64,000 bases of DNA from Amoebidium appalachense (taxonomy: Eukaryota > Protista > Ichthyosporea), in assembly GCA_963693365.1 (NCBI GenBank), contig CAVNZM010000017.1, positions 4,011,375 to 4,075,374 of the forward strand, written 5' to 3'. The translations under genes were made by a program, and so were the position numbers. The notes beneath the pieces are model-generated. The model saw only the letters and a program-made list of their open reading frames with translations, had not been told where the DNA came from and made no database searches. This document shows positions 1 to 21,074 of this stretch, in pieces. Within the stretch, counting starts at the first letter, position 1; each line of letters opens with the position of its first letter.

Positions 1-616
1 AGGGAGTGCAGGGGGGGGGGGGGAGGGGGAGGGAGTGCAGGGGGGGGGGGGGGAGGGATGGTAAACGCAAACAGGCTAGGCTAGACTTAGGAACGAGGGA
101 AATGGGCTTACAACAAGACATATGAAGACGCGCAAAACTAAACATGTATTTATGCACCATATCCTTTTTTTTTGCCAGAAATATAATTTTTTTCCCTAAC
201 ACCATCCCCACCCCGCCCTACCGACGTGCACCCATGCACTATAATCCCCGGAAAACTTACCTGATTGTATGTACATTTCTAGCACAGTCCTTCGTTGCCT
301 CTGTCCCTTCTTTGCCCAAGTTGAACATCAATCTAACCCCTTCCCCCTCCTCCCACCACCCTCTCCCTGCCCCCACATGCACACACATATGATCACATTC
401 CCTCCCCTCCCATCCCGGTCCCCCTCCAGACACACACACATACATCCCACCCTTCTCCCCTCCCTCACCCCCTTTCTCCCCCCCCCCCCCCCTCCCCGCC
501 TCCCCCATATGTACACACACCCACACGTACACTCACACCTACACCCACACCCACACCCACACCCCCACCTACACCCATACCCACACACACACATACACCC
601 ACACGTACACCCACAG

Positions 617-1813
617 GACATTATGACAGACAAGGCTGTCACATGGACATACGAGACCCTCTACGTGCCCTCCATCCTCCCCTTCCTCCTCGTCTCAGCA
701 ATCACCATGTTCGTCCATAGAAAAGATCTCGACGTTTCACCCCCAACCCTTGCAAAGGAAGTTTTTTCACGGCTCAGAAACCCAGCTCTCTCGCTCATGG
801 GAGCTATGGTACTTGTTAGGTATGTTGCTACTTCTTCTTCTTCTTCTTCTTTTTTTTTTGCCTCCCTCTTGGCCCCCTTCCCCTCCTTTCCTCCCCTCCT
901 CCCAGCTCATCTCTCTTCGAGTTGCTTCTGCCACCCTCACCCTCCTCCCTTCTTCCATCAGATGTTATGTTTGCTGCCACAGCCGCACAACAAACACTTG
1001 GGTTGAAACTCTCCCTCTTCTCTTGCTTTCTTTTTTCCCCTACCTCCCTCCCTTCTCCCGCCCCCCTTCCCCCTCCTCCCTGTCCGCCTTTCCTCCTCCT
1101 CCGCCTCTTCCACGGGTTTCCCACAAAACACACAAACATTATAGTTGCGATGCACGAAAAAAAAGAAGATCGTAGAGTGAACTTTCGATCCCACAGATCA
1201 TCGGGAAGCCTGTAGAAACTAACCAACTGTTATTACTCTATGCCACTCTCCCCCCCCCCCCCCCCACACACACACACACACACCCATCCCCTTCCCCCCC
1301 CCCCTCCCCCCCCCCCCCCCCCCCCCGCGCAGCCTGTTGCACCTCTTTCCAAGTATCCGATCATTTTGTTTTTGTGATTTTTATAACTGACAATCCAATC
1401 ACTTCATTCCTGCCTCTCTTATCCATTTTCATAATCTATGACCCACCATCCATCCTTCTTTCAATCTTCGTTCCAGACCTCCCATTGAATTCCCTTCCCC
1501 CAACCTCTTCCCCTCCCCACTTCGCCCCCCCCCCCCCCCCCCCTCCCCCCTCCCCCCCCCCCCCCCCCCCCCCCCCCCCTATACGCACACAAACACTTCT
1601 CCAAACTGCGTCATCAATGCGACCCTTTCCCCCGTGCACGGGGACTCTTTTCACAACATAATGTCCCGGTGAATGCCTTGCATAGCACCAGCACTCCTCA
1701 CTTACTCTTCCACTAACCCTCCCTCTCACCTCTTCCCCCCCCCCCCCCCCCCCTCTTCCCCCCTCCCCTCCCCCCCCCCGGCCTCCTCTACACACACACG
1801 TGCGCGCGCGCAA

Positions 1814-1857
<44 letters not shown>

Positions 1858-2388
1858 TCCGCGCCCCCCTCCCACCTCTTCCCCACAGTCTCATGCGCAC
1901 AGGTGGCTACGGATCTCCCGCCTACCTAATCGGATCTCTCGTAAGTTCATGGGCCGGTACATGGTGGATCCTCCTCTCCACGTTTATTGGTGCTCTGGGA
2001 TCGTTTTTCTCCGGATCGACAACGGTATCTAATCTGACTTTTGGGGAGGTCCAAATCGTGGCGGCGGACATTATCGGGGTTAAATATACCACCATGCTCG
2101 CACTGCAGTGTGTGGGTGCTGCTATGGGAAATGCCGTGTGCATGGCAAACATCATCAATGGTACGTGGGAAAATTTAATGGATCCCTCCTCCTTCCCCTC
2201 TCTCCCTACCCTGCCTCTACGGACCCACTTTCTTTCGTTCCCCCCCCCCCCCCCCCCCTCCCCCCCCCCCCTCTTCCCTACCTCCTCTCCGCTGATGGCC
2301 CGTAAAGTTCTTTGAAATTTACACTTGGTTTTTGTGGTTCTTCCGTACCCACCTAACCTAACGCAAAGTCACGATCAAGTTGCCTCCT

Positions 2389-2420
<32 letters not shown>

Positions 2421-2519
2421 CCAAAAAAAGACAGAAGCTAGCCCTACCTCGCGTTAATCACACCGGACACGAATGAGAGAGTAGTGCTGTGGCGCGGGGG
2501 GGGGGGGGGGGGGGGGGGG

Positions 2520-2551
<32 letters not shown>

Positions 2552-2758
2552 AGGGGGGAGGGGGGGGGGGGGGGGGGGAGGTGAGGGGTAGGGAAGGGGT
2601 TGTAGAGAGTTGCTGTGTTGGATGGGGACATAGTCACATTCCTCACCCTTACATGCCGTTAGCATTACACTAACATTCCTTGTGTACCTTCCTTTGGTCA
2701 CACACATATAACACGCACATGCCGCATATGCCCGCACGCACACACGCACACAAACACT

Positions 2759-2799
<41 letters not shown>

Positions 2800-3052
2800 A
2801 CACACACACACCGAACCCCCCCCCCTCCCCCAAACACCCCTCTTCCTCCTCCCCCCCCCCCTCCCCCCCCCCCCCCCCCCCCCCCCCCCACACACACACA
2901 CGCACTTATACACACGTACAGCACGCGCAGTGATGAATCTATCGCATATCGGAGAGGGTGAATTCATCAAACGAACTGCTATGGTGGTGGTGGTTGCAAT
3001 GCTTCTGGGGGAGGCTTTTGTTGCTGCGACCTGGATTGCTTGGGGTAACTGA
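617..3052 (+). CDS. L-lactate permease (LctP family), 3' three exons; 5' part not found in window
   Basis: Phase-consistent GT-AG exons 617-819, 1889-2160, 2922-3052 (TGA). Translation has hydrophobic TM segments and the LctP C-terminal signatures FIGALGSFFSGSTTVSNLTFG, LALQCVGAAMGNAVCMANII and EGEFIKRT. Confidence 0.85.
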
Positions 3053-4030
3053 GAAATTCAGTTCATACTACAAATTTACGAGAATTGAAGTTCCACAATT
3101 GCGTATTTCGATAGTGGTTTTCCGCAGGGAGAGGGAGAGGGAGACGGACAAATATCATACCACCACTTATTTGTAGGAGTGTGTGGACTAGAAGGCAGTG
3201 TAAATTTTGACACGCCGCCAATAGGTTAGAAGTTAGTGATATGCTATTCCCAAAATCGGAATATGAATAGAACAAGCAACGTACGTGTACAAAATTCATT
3301 CTCGTTGAGTTAAGTAATTATGGAGAAGCCCTGAGAAACCGAAAATTACAAAGGAAGATGCATCTAGCCACCTATAAAACCCATATCTCCTCGGGTGTCG
3401 TTTATTACAAATAATTCCGGTACGGAATTGATTTCAATGGTGTGCAACCCTATTTATGTACATATGCAATCTTATGCAACTTAAGGATATTATTAAGTAT
3501 GCTGTGCATACTAGTTATGGCCATCGAATATGATTCCTTTCGAAAATAAAGGACACGAAACACCAAGCAAAGAGTATTTCTGCAGGCAAAACCGCCAAAA
3601 AGTACTGAGGATGCCCTCCCCCCGCCCCCCTCCCCCCCCTCCCTCCTCCCCCCCTCCCTCCCCCTCCCCCCCCCCCCCCCCTCCCCTCCCCCCCTCCCTC
3701 CCCCCTCCCCCCCCCCCCCCCCTGGGTCAGGCCCCTCAATCTGCGCTGTGCACATAATTCGAAGAAACTTATGGGCGATACTGCGGGTTTTTATCGTAGA
3801 TAGTTACACCCCCTTCCTCCCCCTTCCTTCCTCCCCCTCTTCCCCCGTCCCCACCCCCCACCCCCCACCCCCCCCTCCCCCTTCCTCCCCCCCCCCCCCC
3901 CCCCCCCCCCCTCCCCTGAACCTCCCCTGAACCCCCCACCCTTTCCTCCACCTTCCCACCTTTCGAGGCTCCACGCCCCCTCTCAATCCCCCTTTCCAAT
4001 CCCTCCCCCCTCTTCCTCCTCCCCCCTTCC

Positions 4031-4061
<31 letters not shown>

Positions 4062-4067
4062 AAAAAA

Positions 4068-4127
<60 letters not shown>

Positions 4128-4193
4128 AAAAACACCGTACACCCGAGCCACCCAGCTTCGTGGATGCGACCGTGTGACCATTGCTATTACAAG

Positions 4194-4201
4194 TGACGTC
4201 A
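4194..4201. promoter_or_regulatory. Perfect CRE palindrome TGACGTCA upstream of secernin
   Basis: Exact 8-mer about 700 bp upstream of the ATG; a possible 5'UTR intron spans 4397-4900 (gtaatc...catag). Function not shown. Confidence 0.3.
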
Positions 4202-4905
4202 TCTACTTGGGCCGGACTATTTCAAATCCCTCGGAGGTTCCGATTCGTTCGGTGCGCATCATCATCCGATTTTTTTTTGTTTTTGTTTTTCAATTTTTTT
4301 CTTTTTTCTTTTTCTTTTTCTTGTTTTTTTTCCTGTACAACAGAGACGCCTCATACGCCCAGCCAAGAACCGTTGTGAGCGCAACACCGCCACAAGGTAA
4401 TCCGTCCTTTCGTTCTATTGTCTTTATAGTTATCCTCTTTTTTTGGTGAGCGCCTTTGAAAACCATGTCCTTGCATTTGCATGCCAATGTTGTGCCCAAG
4501 TCAGATCCTGATAAACCACCGTCTTCCCTGTCTACCTATACTTCTCCGTTCTCTAATCCATCAAAAACCTCCAGCTCAAACGCCCTCCCCCTCCTGCCCC
4601 CTTGTATGGTTACCCTTCTGCATTTCAAAGATGCTTTAGCGTGGTCTTACATTCCCTGGCTTTGGTTCGTTACTAAATTGTTACAACTGCTGTTCTGTGC
4701 TTCAACTCCACCTCTCTCCCTCCCGATCCCCCCCCCCCCCCCCCCCCCCTTTCCCCTTCCCCCTTCGCCTTGCTGATACCTTTCGTCCTCCCCTTTCCCG
4801 ATCGACTATGAGAATCTTCTCCAGGCTCGTGTTTACCCTTTTTTTCTGCATCAACCACCTGCTAACATGCACTGGCGCTAACAAGCACGCACCCACATAG
4901 GGAAC

Positions 4906-11472
<6,567 letters not shown>

Positions 11473-14027
11473 TACAGTGATACATATGGCCCTGCCGCAC
11501 AATGGCATTTCACTGCTACCCCCCCCCTCCCCCCCCCCCCCCCCCCCCCCCCCCCCGTCACCCCCCGTCACCCCACCCCCCTCCTCCTACTTCTCTCTTT
11601 CAGCTCTGTAGTTGAAATTTGATTCGTTGCAAAGAACACATACACACATGCACACGTACACAGATACACCCCACTTGTATGCGCCGAAACGTGCACGTGT
11701 TTGCGTCACGTCTTTTTTTTTTTTAAATACACTGACTAAATTGATGTTTTATTGACCTTGTCTGACTGTATGCATGCTGTTTTCACGTAGGCCAAAACTT
11801 TACGAGAGAACTCGATCTAGCATTGTTCCCCTTCCGCTACCACTTTCCTTACCATTTATGACTTATTGACTGCCACTGCCCCCCTCCGGATCCCCTGCCC
11901 CCCCCCTTCCCCCCCTTCCCCTCCCTCCCCCCTCATCCCCAAGCCACACATGCACGCACACACACACACCACAAACCCCACGAAACCCCCAAACCCCAAT
12001 CCCTCCGGCATGTGGTTCTGTGGTTTATCAATTTATAATTCGCAGCTGCCCTCAGATTCAATGGTTCTAAAAGCTTAAGTCTGTTATTCACCAGAATTCG
12101 TGGAAGTGACACTAATTAATGATGCAAATGTATTACCCGCACACGCGTACGGTACCGGAACCAAGCTTAGCCTGCTGTAATGCATGTAAGGCATGTATTA
12201 TTATGAGCAATTTACTATTTACTGTGGCTCAGTAATATTAATTATGTCGTGCCAAGGGCAGGACGTTACTTACTGTTCTGGCACCTCACCGAGTCGAACA
12301 TCGCTGCTATTATCAGTTTGATATTCATATATATGCATGTTCTGCATATGCATGTGAAAGCACGGGCTAAGCTTTTGAAACAGTAATAAAGTATGCCTGG
12401 TTGTCACTTGAATATCCTCTCTGCAGCTTGCAACATGTGAGCATGTGAAGTCAAGAGATACAGCTGCACGAGGCCTTTATCATTCATTGTGGATTCGAAA
12501 TATTCCTAGTCTTCTAATTTGATCTGACGGTGAGGCTTCCCAGAGCGCTACAATAGGTTAACTTGCCCTCAATGACCATGCGTGGCTTCCGAGCTTCCCG
12601 CGAGCAAATGTTACACACGTGTATACACACATATATACAGGTCCGAAATCATGACACTGGCAGGCTGCACACGAGCCGCGCCACGCGCCGCCTGACAGAA
12701 AGACACACAAACACACACCTGCAGCTGTACACGTACATGTGTACGTACACAGGCGCGCACACCGTGACACACACGCACACACACGCGCGCACACGCGCAC
12801 ACGCACACCCGCACGCACGCACGCACGCACGTACACACACACGCACACACGCACACACGCACACACGCACACACGCACACACACACACACACACACCATA
12901 GAATGGCATAGATCCACAATGCAACCATACTTGAAGATCTAATCTATTTAGAAACATTTTAGATCCTCGCAAACATGTTTTGTTACGCGTCATCCTTTGG
13001 GGCTTCGATTGGTCCACAAGAATGCGTTTTTGCTATATGTGGTCAATGCCGCTCCAGCCTTGCGACCAATCGCAACGATTTTGAGGTGTCACGACCAAAT
13101 TCCTTACAGAGAACGGGAGCCAATTGATCACCTCCGATAATGGTGTAAAAAGCAGGTGACCAATCGAATATGAGCAAAGAAGAGATGGGCAAAGTTTATT
13201 AAACAAATTGGCTAGTAAACAAAGCGCACCTTATCATGATGTTCAATAATCTGAACCTCAGGCGGATCTTTGAGCACCCAGTAAACAGCTATTTATGCCA
13301 CAATGGAAAAATCAGGTATTATATGCCTAAATATTTAAAGTATTACGCTAAAATATAAAACTAAGAGTACAGCGCCCAGCTGCCACTGCATGCAGAGCAT
13401 CACACTTGTGGAATGCGCGCGTGACCATTTTCCACCAATCAAATTGCGGCAATACCAATAGATCTGAGAGCCACTCGAGAGTGAGGTCAGTTCACGAAAA
13501 ACTGAAAAAGCATTTATTGCCAAAACCGCACTATTATTTCATGTTTTGCCCGTGTTTTCCCTTCCAATTTCCAATGGGTTGTTGTGTAGGTTTTTGAGCT
13601 GTAGTTGTCAGTGTGCCTATTTCTTTTTTGTGACATTTGTGTGTGCAGTATACCACCTCCACGGCAGGACGTCACACGCGTTGCACTGGCATTTGCTCCA
13701 AATTCACCACTGAAAAAAATTGGAAAGTCGAGTGTCACACAGATCTAGACTGGGTGTGTAGAAGATAAGCTATACTGTTATCTACTTTAACACATATATA
13801 AGGCTAGTCTACACAGAACCATAACCTGCTTGCTACAAATAAGCTAATATTGAATATTCTGTGTAGTTGCTGTGCTAAGCAGGCCGGTCAGCAAGATTTG
13901 CCCAGAATTTCATACGACAAATACAAACATAGGCTATATAGTTTGTCTTCCTTAGCTGCTAACTGTATACATACACAAACGCAAAACGAATCATCTTACA
14001 TGCACGTTTTCCCTCTCTGTTTGCACC

Positions 14028-14892
14028 ATGGACCACACGGTAGACTACACCGTTTCCGACACACACAGTCCCTCCTCCTCGAGCGGACACGTCCACGTCG
14101 CCACACCACCACAAAACTCCCACCCCTACCACAGCTACGGCGCCCACAACACACAACACAACAACAACGCAGACGTGCGCTCAGACACGAAGATAACAAA
14201 CAAAAAGCCACCAAACAGCCCTGCTTTGGTTGCGGTTGCAGTTGCAAGCGTCGACACGCTCTCTGGAGCGGAGGAGTCTCCCCTTCTTCCCAATGCACGT
14301 TTTCAGAGGTCTACACAAGGAAATGTGGGGCTGAAACAGGCGTTCGAGGACAGTTATGAAGACCCAAGGTGGCGGCGCATTCTCCTGGCTATCATTCTGC
14401 TATACGTCAATCAGAGTGAGTGATTGCATGGTTTTAAATTATATGCAGATTGTTTAATTTGTTCTCTGCGGTGTTTTCCCAGGATTTGGTTTTTCGTTCT
14501 TGTTGTGCAGGCAGTTGAAAATTTTGTCGTTGAATTTGGTTGCGAGTTATTGCATGAAAGGAGTAGAGCTGTGCTGCTATTTTCTGTTTTCAGTTTTCGA
14601 TGTTCTAAGCTAAGTACAGCCAAACAGTCGCACATTTGCCTAGATTTGAAGTTTTTGGAATTTTCTAATCCTGTGTGTTTTGTTTTCCGTATTTTTTGAG
14701 TGTATTTTTTGAGTGGTCGATGGCACACCGTGCTCATGTTCCCCTCCCCCACTCCCTCCCTCCCCCCACCACCATCGCCGCCATCACCATCACCGTGCAC
14801 TAACACACACATGCACACTCAGTATGTGCGCACGACATATGCACGCCACACACGTACATATGCGCGCTCACACACACACACACACACATACG

Positions 14893-14973
<81 letters not shown>

Positions 14974-15377
14974 CTCATCTACAGCCATGACAATCCCCGT
15001 CATTCCGGGCATGGCGGTCGATTTCTTCGGAAAGGACGCAATCGGGGTTACCGCCGCTTTCACCTCCGCACCATCCATAATCGGATTTCTCTTTTCTCCC
15101 TTGGTAGGCGCGCTCACCGACAAGTGGGGGCGAAAGTGGGCACTGGTAGTGATCAGCATGATGATAATTGCCCCCCTGGTAACGTTTCTTTTCACGCGCA
15201 ACATGTGGCCGTACCTATGGCTACAGCTTCCCACGGGGTTCTTCAATGCGCTCATGGGCATCATCTATGCTTTCATCTCGGACTGCCTGCCTCCTGAGAA
15301 GAGGGCTAGGGTAGGTTTTCTTATATATACTCCCCCCCCCCCCCCCCCCCCTCCCTTCCTCTCTGTTCTTTTGATAC

Positions 15378-15417
<40 letters not shown>

Positions 15418-15472
15418 TGTACAAAGGGAAAGTGAAAAGAAGGAAGAAGAGGGCAGCTGTGTGTGTGTGGTG

Positions 15473-15526
<54 letters not shown>

Positions 15527-15584
15527 GGACAGAAGCTACTTTTATTTTACGATGTCGATGTCGAGTGTAGTACTATAGCTATAA

Positions 15585-15619
<35 letters not shown>

Positions 15620-17053
15620 GTACTAAAAGAAACCTCTAGACGTGTTTCCCGAGTAAGTTAAACATAAACAAAATCAGTTTTGAAAACAATCTAGCCTTCC
15701 ATCCGTTACCAGAAATAGCCCAAAAGCCCCAAAATAGCATAATAACATTATCCCTCTTCTCCCCCGCAGGCCTTTGGCCTTCTATCATCAGGCACCTCTG
15801 CGGCCGTTCTAGCCGGCCCCCTTTTCGGGTCCTTCCTATTTGGGCGGCTGGGTGCCGACAAGTTCTGGCTAGTCAATAATGCAATCGGTATCGTGACCGT
15901 CTGCTACATCCTCGTGTGTGTGCACGAGCCTCAGCGCAGATACGCAGTGGTGTGTATTGCCTCCCCCTCCCCCCCCCCCTCACACACGCACACACACGCA
16001 CACACACGCACACACACACACACACACACACAGTAACACACACACACGCAGACACTTCTCCCGTCCTCTCTCTGCCTCTCCCATATCCACACCGTCCTCA
16101 TTCTCGCTCTCCTGCCTCTACTACGAGGGGCCCCTCCCCCTTTTTGCCCAAACAATGAAGTTGTAACTTCTTTTGTTTAGTTTTTGTACCTTGCACTGTG
16201 TACCATATTCACCCGCTTATGTACCAGATGAAAAAATGTTCTCTGACCTTGTGTAGTGATGGAAAAAGTTAAGCAATTCCCAGCTTCATTGTGTTTTCTT
16301 ACTTGGCTTGCGAGTATTGATGTTATTTGCCATATATTTGTAATTGTTGAAAAAAGACAAGGAAAATAGAAAGAGGATACATTTATACCGTATTACTAAA
16401 TACCATGTCCACTATATCTCTGCAATTTCAACAGGTGGAGGGATCCAAGAAGCGCGTGCGCGACAGCCTTAACCCCTTTGCCGCACTGCGTCCGATTCTT
16501 GTTGACAAGGTGGTGGGGTGCCTTGCTCTTGTTGTGTTTTGCCACGCCATGCTGAGTGGTTACGTCAGCACCATATCTATCTACGTCACACAGACCCTGG
16601 GTTTTTCGCAGGTACGCACTCGTTATTTCGTGTTTTTGACTTGTTTTGTTGTGTTACTTTTGCTCCTTTCTCCTCCCTGCTCGAGTTAAAAAGCTGTGTT
16701 ATTGCAAATATGAAGCATTTGCCTGGTTGTGGATTCGTATGATTCTGTTTCTACGGAGAGTTGAGAGAGAGATCAGTCCGTTTTTCGTCTGCTGTTTGTG
16801 TGTGTGTGTGAGATCTTACCATTTACTGGTGGGCATGTTTACGTGTGTGTAGGTGCGGGCATGTAGCGACTCTTTTCGTCCTTTCCTTCTTGTTTTGAGC
16901 ACTTCCACACGTTTAGCTTTCTTCCTGCATTCAAACTACACATGTACTTACACCAACACATTGTTTGCCAGCCCCCCCCCCCCCCCCCCCCTCCCTCCCC
17001 CCAACACACACGCACACACACACACACACACATACACGAACACCACGTAGACG

Positions 17054-17096
<43 letters not shown>

Positions 17097-17623
17097 AGCT
17101 GGACGTGTCCATCCAATACGCCATCTCGGGTGGCTGCATGACCGTTGCCGGGTTCCTCCTCCCCCATCTGATTGGCTCTGTGGGTGAGAGGGGAACCATA
17201 TTTGCGGCCATGATTGGGCAGACGGCCGTGACGCTGTGCATTGGCCTAGCAACAAGCAAGGTGCTGGTGTTTGGGGCCCTCACGGGCCAGCTCGTTGCGG
17301 GTTGCATGTGGCCCGCTATAAGCTCCGCGGCGTCGAAACGGGCCGGGCCGGCAAAGCAGGTATGAGAAATGTGTTTTTTTTCTTTTCTTTTGGTTTGTTT
17401 GTTTGTTTGTTTGTTTGTTTGTTTGTTTGTAGGTTTTTTGGTCCGTCGTGTCAACTTCCGAGGTGAGTGGATGATATCACATGTTAAAGGCTGAGGTGTT
17501 CATGTAGCTGTACATGTACCACCGCTAGCGGGTTGCAGAACTGCAATCACCGTGTTTGGCATTGCATCCTCCCCCCTCCTCCTCCTCCTCCTCCTCCTCC
17601 CCACCAAAAAAAAAAAAAAAAGG

Positions 17624-17658
<35 letters not shown>

Positions 17659-17850
17659 CTGGGATTTTTTTCTCGGCTGATAAGGGATGTGGAAACATAG
17701 TGTGCGGAAAGGGCTGTTTGGCTGTCCAAGTCAAACATATTAATTAGCTGGCACATGTAACATGGGCACATATTTGCCTTTATTCAACCAATACAGCATA
17801 ACCCCTCCTCCCCTTGGTCTATGCTAATCTCTGTCGTTTTCCCTTTGCCC

Positions 17851-17903
<53 letters not shown>

Positions 17904-18173
17904 CATCACCATCATCACAAACAGGGTGCCGTACAAGGGGCCACCGCCGGCGTCCGCTGCGTCGCCGACGTCCTCAGCCCTCTCCTTTTCGGTCAGCTCG
18001 TGACTTTCTTCCAATCGCATTTCAGCCATCATGGGGGATACGCGTATATTTGCGGCCTGGTTTTCCTGATTCCGGGTGCCATTGCGGTGTACTTTTTGCC
18101 AGTGGGGATAACCGCCGAAGAGGTTCCGGATACCGTCGATACGGGGGGTGGAGGGGGGAGAACGAATGTATAG
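14028..18173 (+). CDS. Major facilitator superfamily transporter (TetA/MFSD14-like), 6 exons
   Basis: Exons 14028-14415, 14985-15310, 15770-15949, 16435-16611, 17099-17359, 17925-18173 (TAG). MFS motif A (GALTDKWGRK), AFISD..PPEKRARAFG, GPLFGS, NPFAALR, QGAVQGA...VLSPLLFG; multiple hydrophobic helices. Confidence 0.9.
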
Positions 18174-19046
18174 AACGGTATAGAGCGGAATGAAATATTC
18201 TGGTGGCCGTGGGGGGAGGAACAAGGGTTGTGGAAATCTCGGAGCAAGTGCCGGAGTTGTGAGATCGCGAAGACGAGATTCGTGGCTGATTGTATGCGAA
18301 AAAATTCAAACATTTTATGTTTGCGCCGCAAGACCATCAGCGCTTCTACCTGAACCCGATGTATCATAGTGTTCGGTTAACCCAAGAGGGTTGGTTCGAT
18401 GGAAAAGTAGGCGTAAACTACCAATAGGAAAAGGTCTTTGTTCTGGTTTTTTTTTTTTTTGCCCTGCTGGTGAGAAAAGCACGGAATGTGTCGACATGGA
18501 CTGCGGCTGCTACACGGGCTTACAAAAGTCACGAGATCATCAAGTTTTACTCTTGTATCGCAAAAATGGGTGGAGACTCGCATTTCCTGAAATTTTGTGA
18601 TCCGTCTGCAGTCAACAAATAATGTTGTACTACTTCTGGCCTCTTTAGCTTAGTTTGCCAGCTTTATTCACATATTTCATTTTGATTCAATTGTTACTGT
18701 ATGATAAGGATTTTGAAATACTTGGGAATTCCAAGCGAATGTTTACTCTCTGCTTTCTCGACACTATACCTTATCTGCTTGCATAAGCAAAGGCATTCGT
18801 ATTTCTTTCTTCTTACCCTGTATCTACTGTTACAGGACCATATGCACACGTGTCATTTTCTCTCCCGTTCCAAAAAAATTGTAGATGATTTAAGAGATTT
18901 CTTTGAACTTGGAAGCTTATGCGGCCCGGGTGGCGCAAGGTGTATTGATGACAAACAAAAAAGAATGAAATGGAGATGTAAATTTGCACACCGCAATGTA
19001 AGAATTAGTTACCAGTTGTTTTGTGCCCGTGGTGTGTGTGCGCACG

Positions 19047-19089
<43 letters not shown>

Positions 19090-19134
19090 CACTGTGTACA
19101 TGTGTTTGTGTGTGTGCGTGTGTGCTTGTACACG

Positions 19135-19174
<40 letters not shown>

Positions 19175-19354
19175 CTCCGTGTGTATACTTGTACACTTTC
19201 GTGTGTTGGTGTATGCCTGTAGTACAGTATGTTATCAGGTGGAGTCACACGGTAGCCGGGAGTGTGTTGCTACTGTGACTAGTACTAGTTATGATGTGGT
19301 GAACACCCATGCACATATGTAGTTTGTCTGCCATGAATGGCATGTTACTGGTGC

Positions 19355-19394
<40 letters not shown>

Positions 19395-19419
19395 GTGTGT
19401 GTGTGTGTGTGTGCGTGTG

Positions 19420-19516
<97 letters not shown>

Positions 19517-19748
19517 CCCATGCCGCTGAGTGAGAGGGATTAAAATTCAAACCAAATTTAGGATTACGCGCAAAGTAAAGATGTGATGCTATAATCAAAT
19601 TCTTAGGAGCAAAGCTGGCCGCTGTTCGAGATCCGAAGATCTGGCACTACTCATACTTTTTTAGTTGTTTTATTGCCAGTCAGAATACTAAACCTGAGAT
19701 CTAATAAAAGATTACGCCCAATGGTGTCCCCCCCCCCTCCCCCCCCCC

Positions 19749-19804
<56 letters not shown>

Positions 19805-20169
19805 TACACACACACACACACACCTGCAGCTCATTACCCCTCTTTCCGGGGCCCTCTTTCTTATTGCAAACCAAGTGTGTTAAACCAAACAACATTTATG
19901 CGCACCCTTTAAAAAATGAATGATGTTGGTTACCTGAATGGAAAATTCATCATTTGGAAACCGTCCCGTCCCCCCCCCCCCCCCCCCCCCCCCCCGCCCT
20001 TGATTAAGCATTAATATTAGCTTTAAGCGTTTCTGCCACAAAAAACCCGGGTGTACGGCTATTTCAATTTTCTACTGCTTACTAACTGGAGTCGTATCCA
20101 ACAACACTTCTACTCACAAAAAAAAATGGTGTCTGTTACCTGAGTGGATAATTCATCATTCCGGAACAC

Positions 20170-20211
<42 letters not shown>

Positions 20212-20575
20212 ACCCCTCCCTCCAACCATCCCACCTTGCTTTCTCCCTCTCCAACCCTCACTAACTTATTCTGTACCCTTTCACTCCCTTGGCTGAGTAC
20301 GCTGGGTCCACTGCCCCTCTACTTGGCAATATTTCTACTTCTTTATGAATTTTTTTTTTTGGGGGGGGGGGGGGGGGGCGCCACAAATTCCCACAATAGG
20401 CTAATCGGTTCGATCGCGCGCCTGGTCCATACACCTTTTTTTTTTTTTTAAACAGTTTCAAATTTGTTTTCGCCGGTTTCTACTTAAAACTCATTTGTCC
20501 ACTCAACACTGTCTTTGAATATTTTATTGGTACCGGCCCCAAAAAGATGGTATACTATACCAACCTGACAAACTA

Positions 20576-20741
20576 GATCCCCCACCGGGGAGGCTGGGAC
20601 GCAAACTGTGGGCTAAGTGTGTACTAGTAGTTAGGATTGGTGTTAAAGGTGCATTCAGCTAAGTTAACACACCTTTACCAATCCTGCCTGCTAGTACACA
20701 CTTACTTTAGCGCTTACACCCCAGCCTCGCCGGTGGGGGTC
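20576..20741. repeat. Imperfect inverted repeat (fold-back hairpin, arms about 80 bp)
   Basis: gatcccccaccgg pairs with ccggtgggggtc; gaggctggg with cccagcctc; taagtgtgtactag with ctagtacacactta; aggattggt with accaatcct; aaaggtg with caccttt. Confidence 0.85.
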
Positions 20742-21074
20742 CTTAAGAGGATGTGTGACTGTGGTTTGCATGATGGTGTCTGTGTGACTGCGCCTACAAG
20801 ACACGCCTACAAGACACTTTCCGTGCTTGTGTTGAGCATGGTGTGTGTGTGAGTGGATCTAAACTTTCAGCGTGTGTGTCCCCAGTAAAATGCTTATTTT
20901 ATCACGTTTTTTTCCCGTAGGACCTTTGCACTGCCAGGCCCTCTAGGGGAAACTACCGTCTACCACACACTTGTCACCGACAGTACACTAGTTAAATTGC
21001 TATCTATGTGCTCAGCTAAGCTAAGCCCATCATTCACAATCCGAACTATAAGTACACACTTTGCCCAGGGTTAC

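Noticed and set aside
288-340. Possible further LctP exon after cacag at 287
   Set aside because: No convincing donor or family motif.
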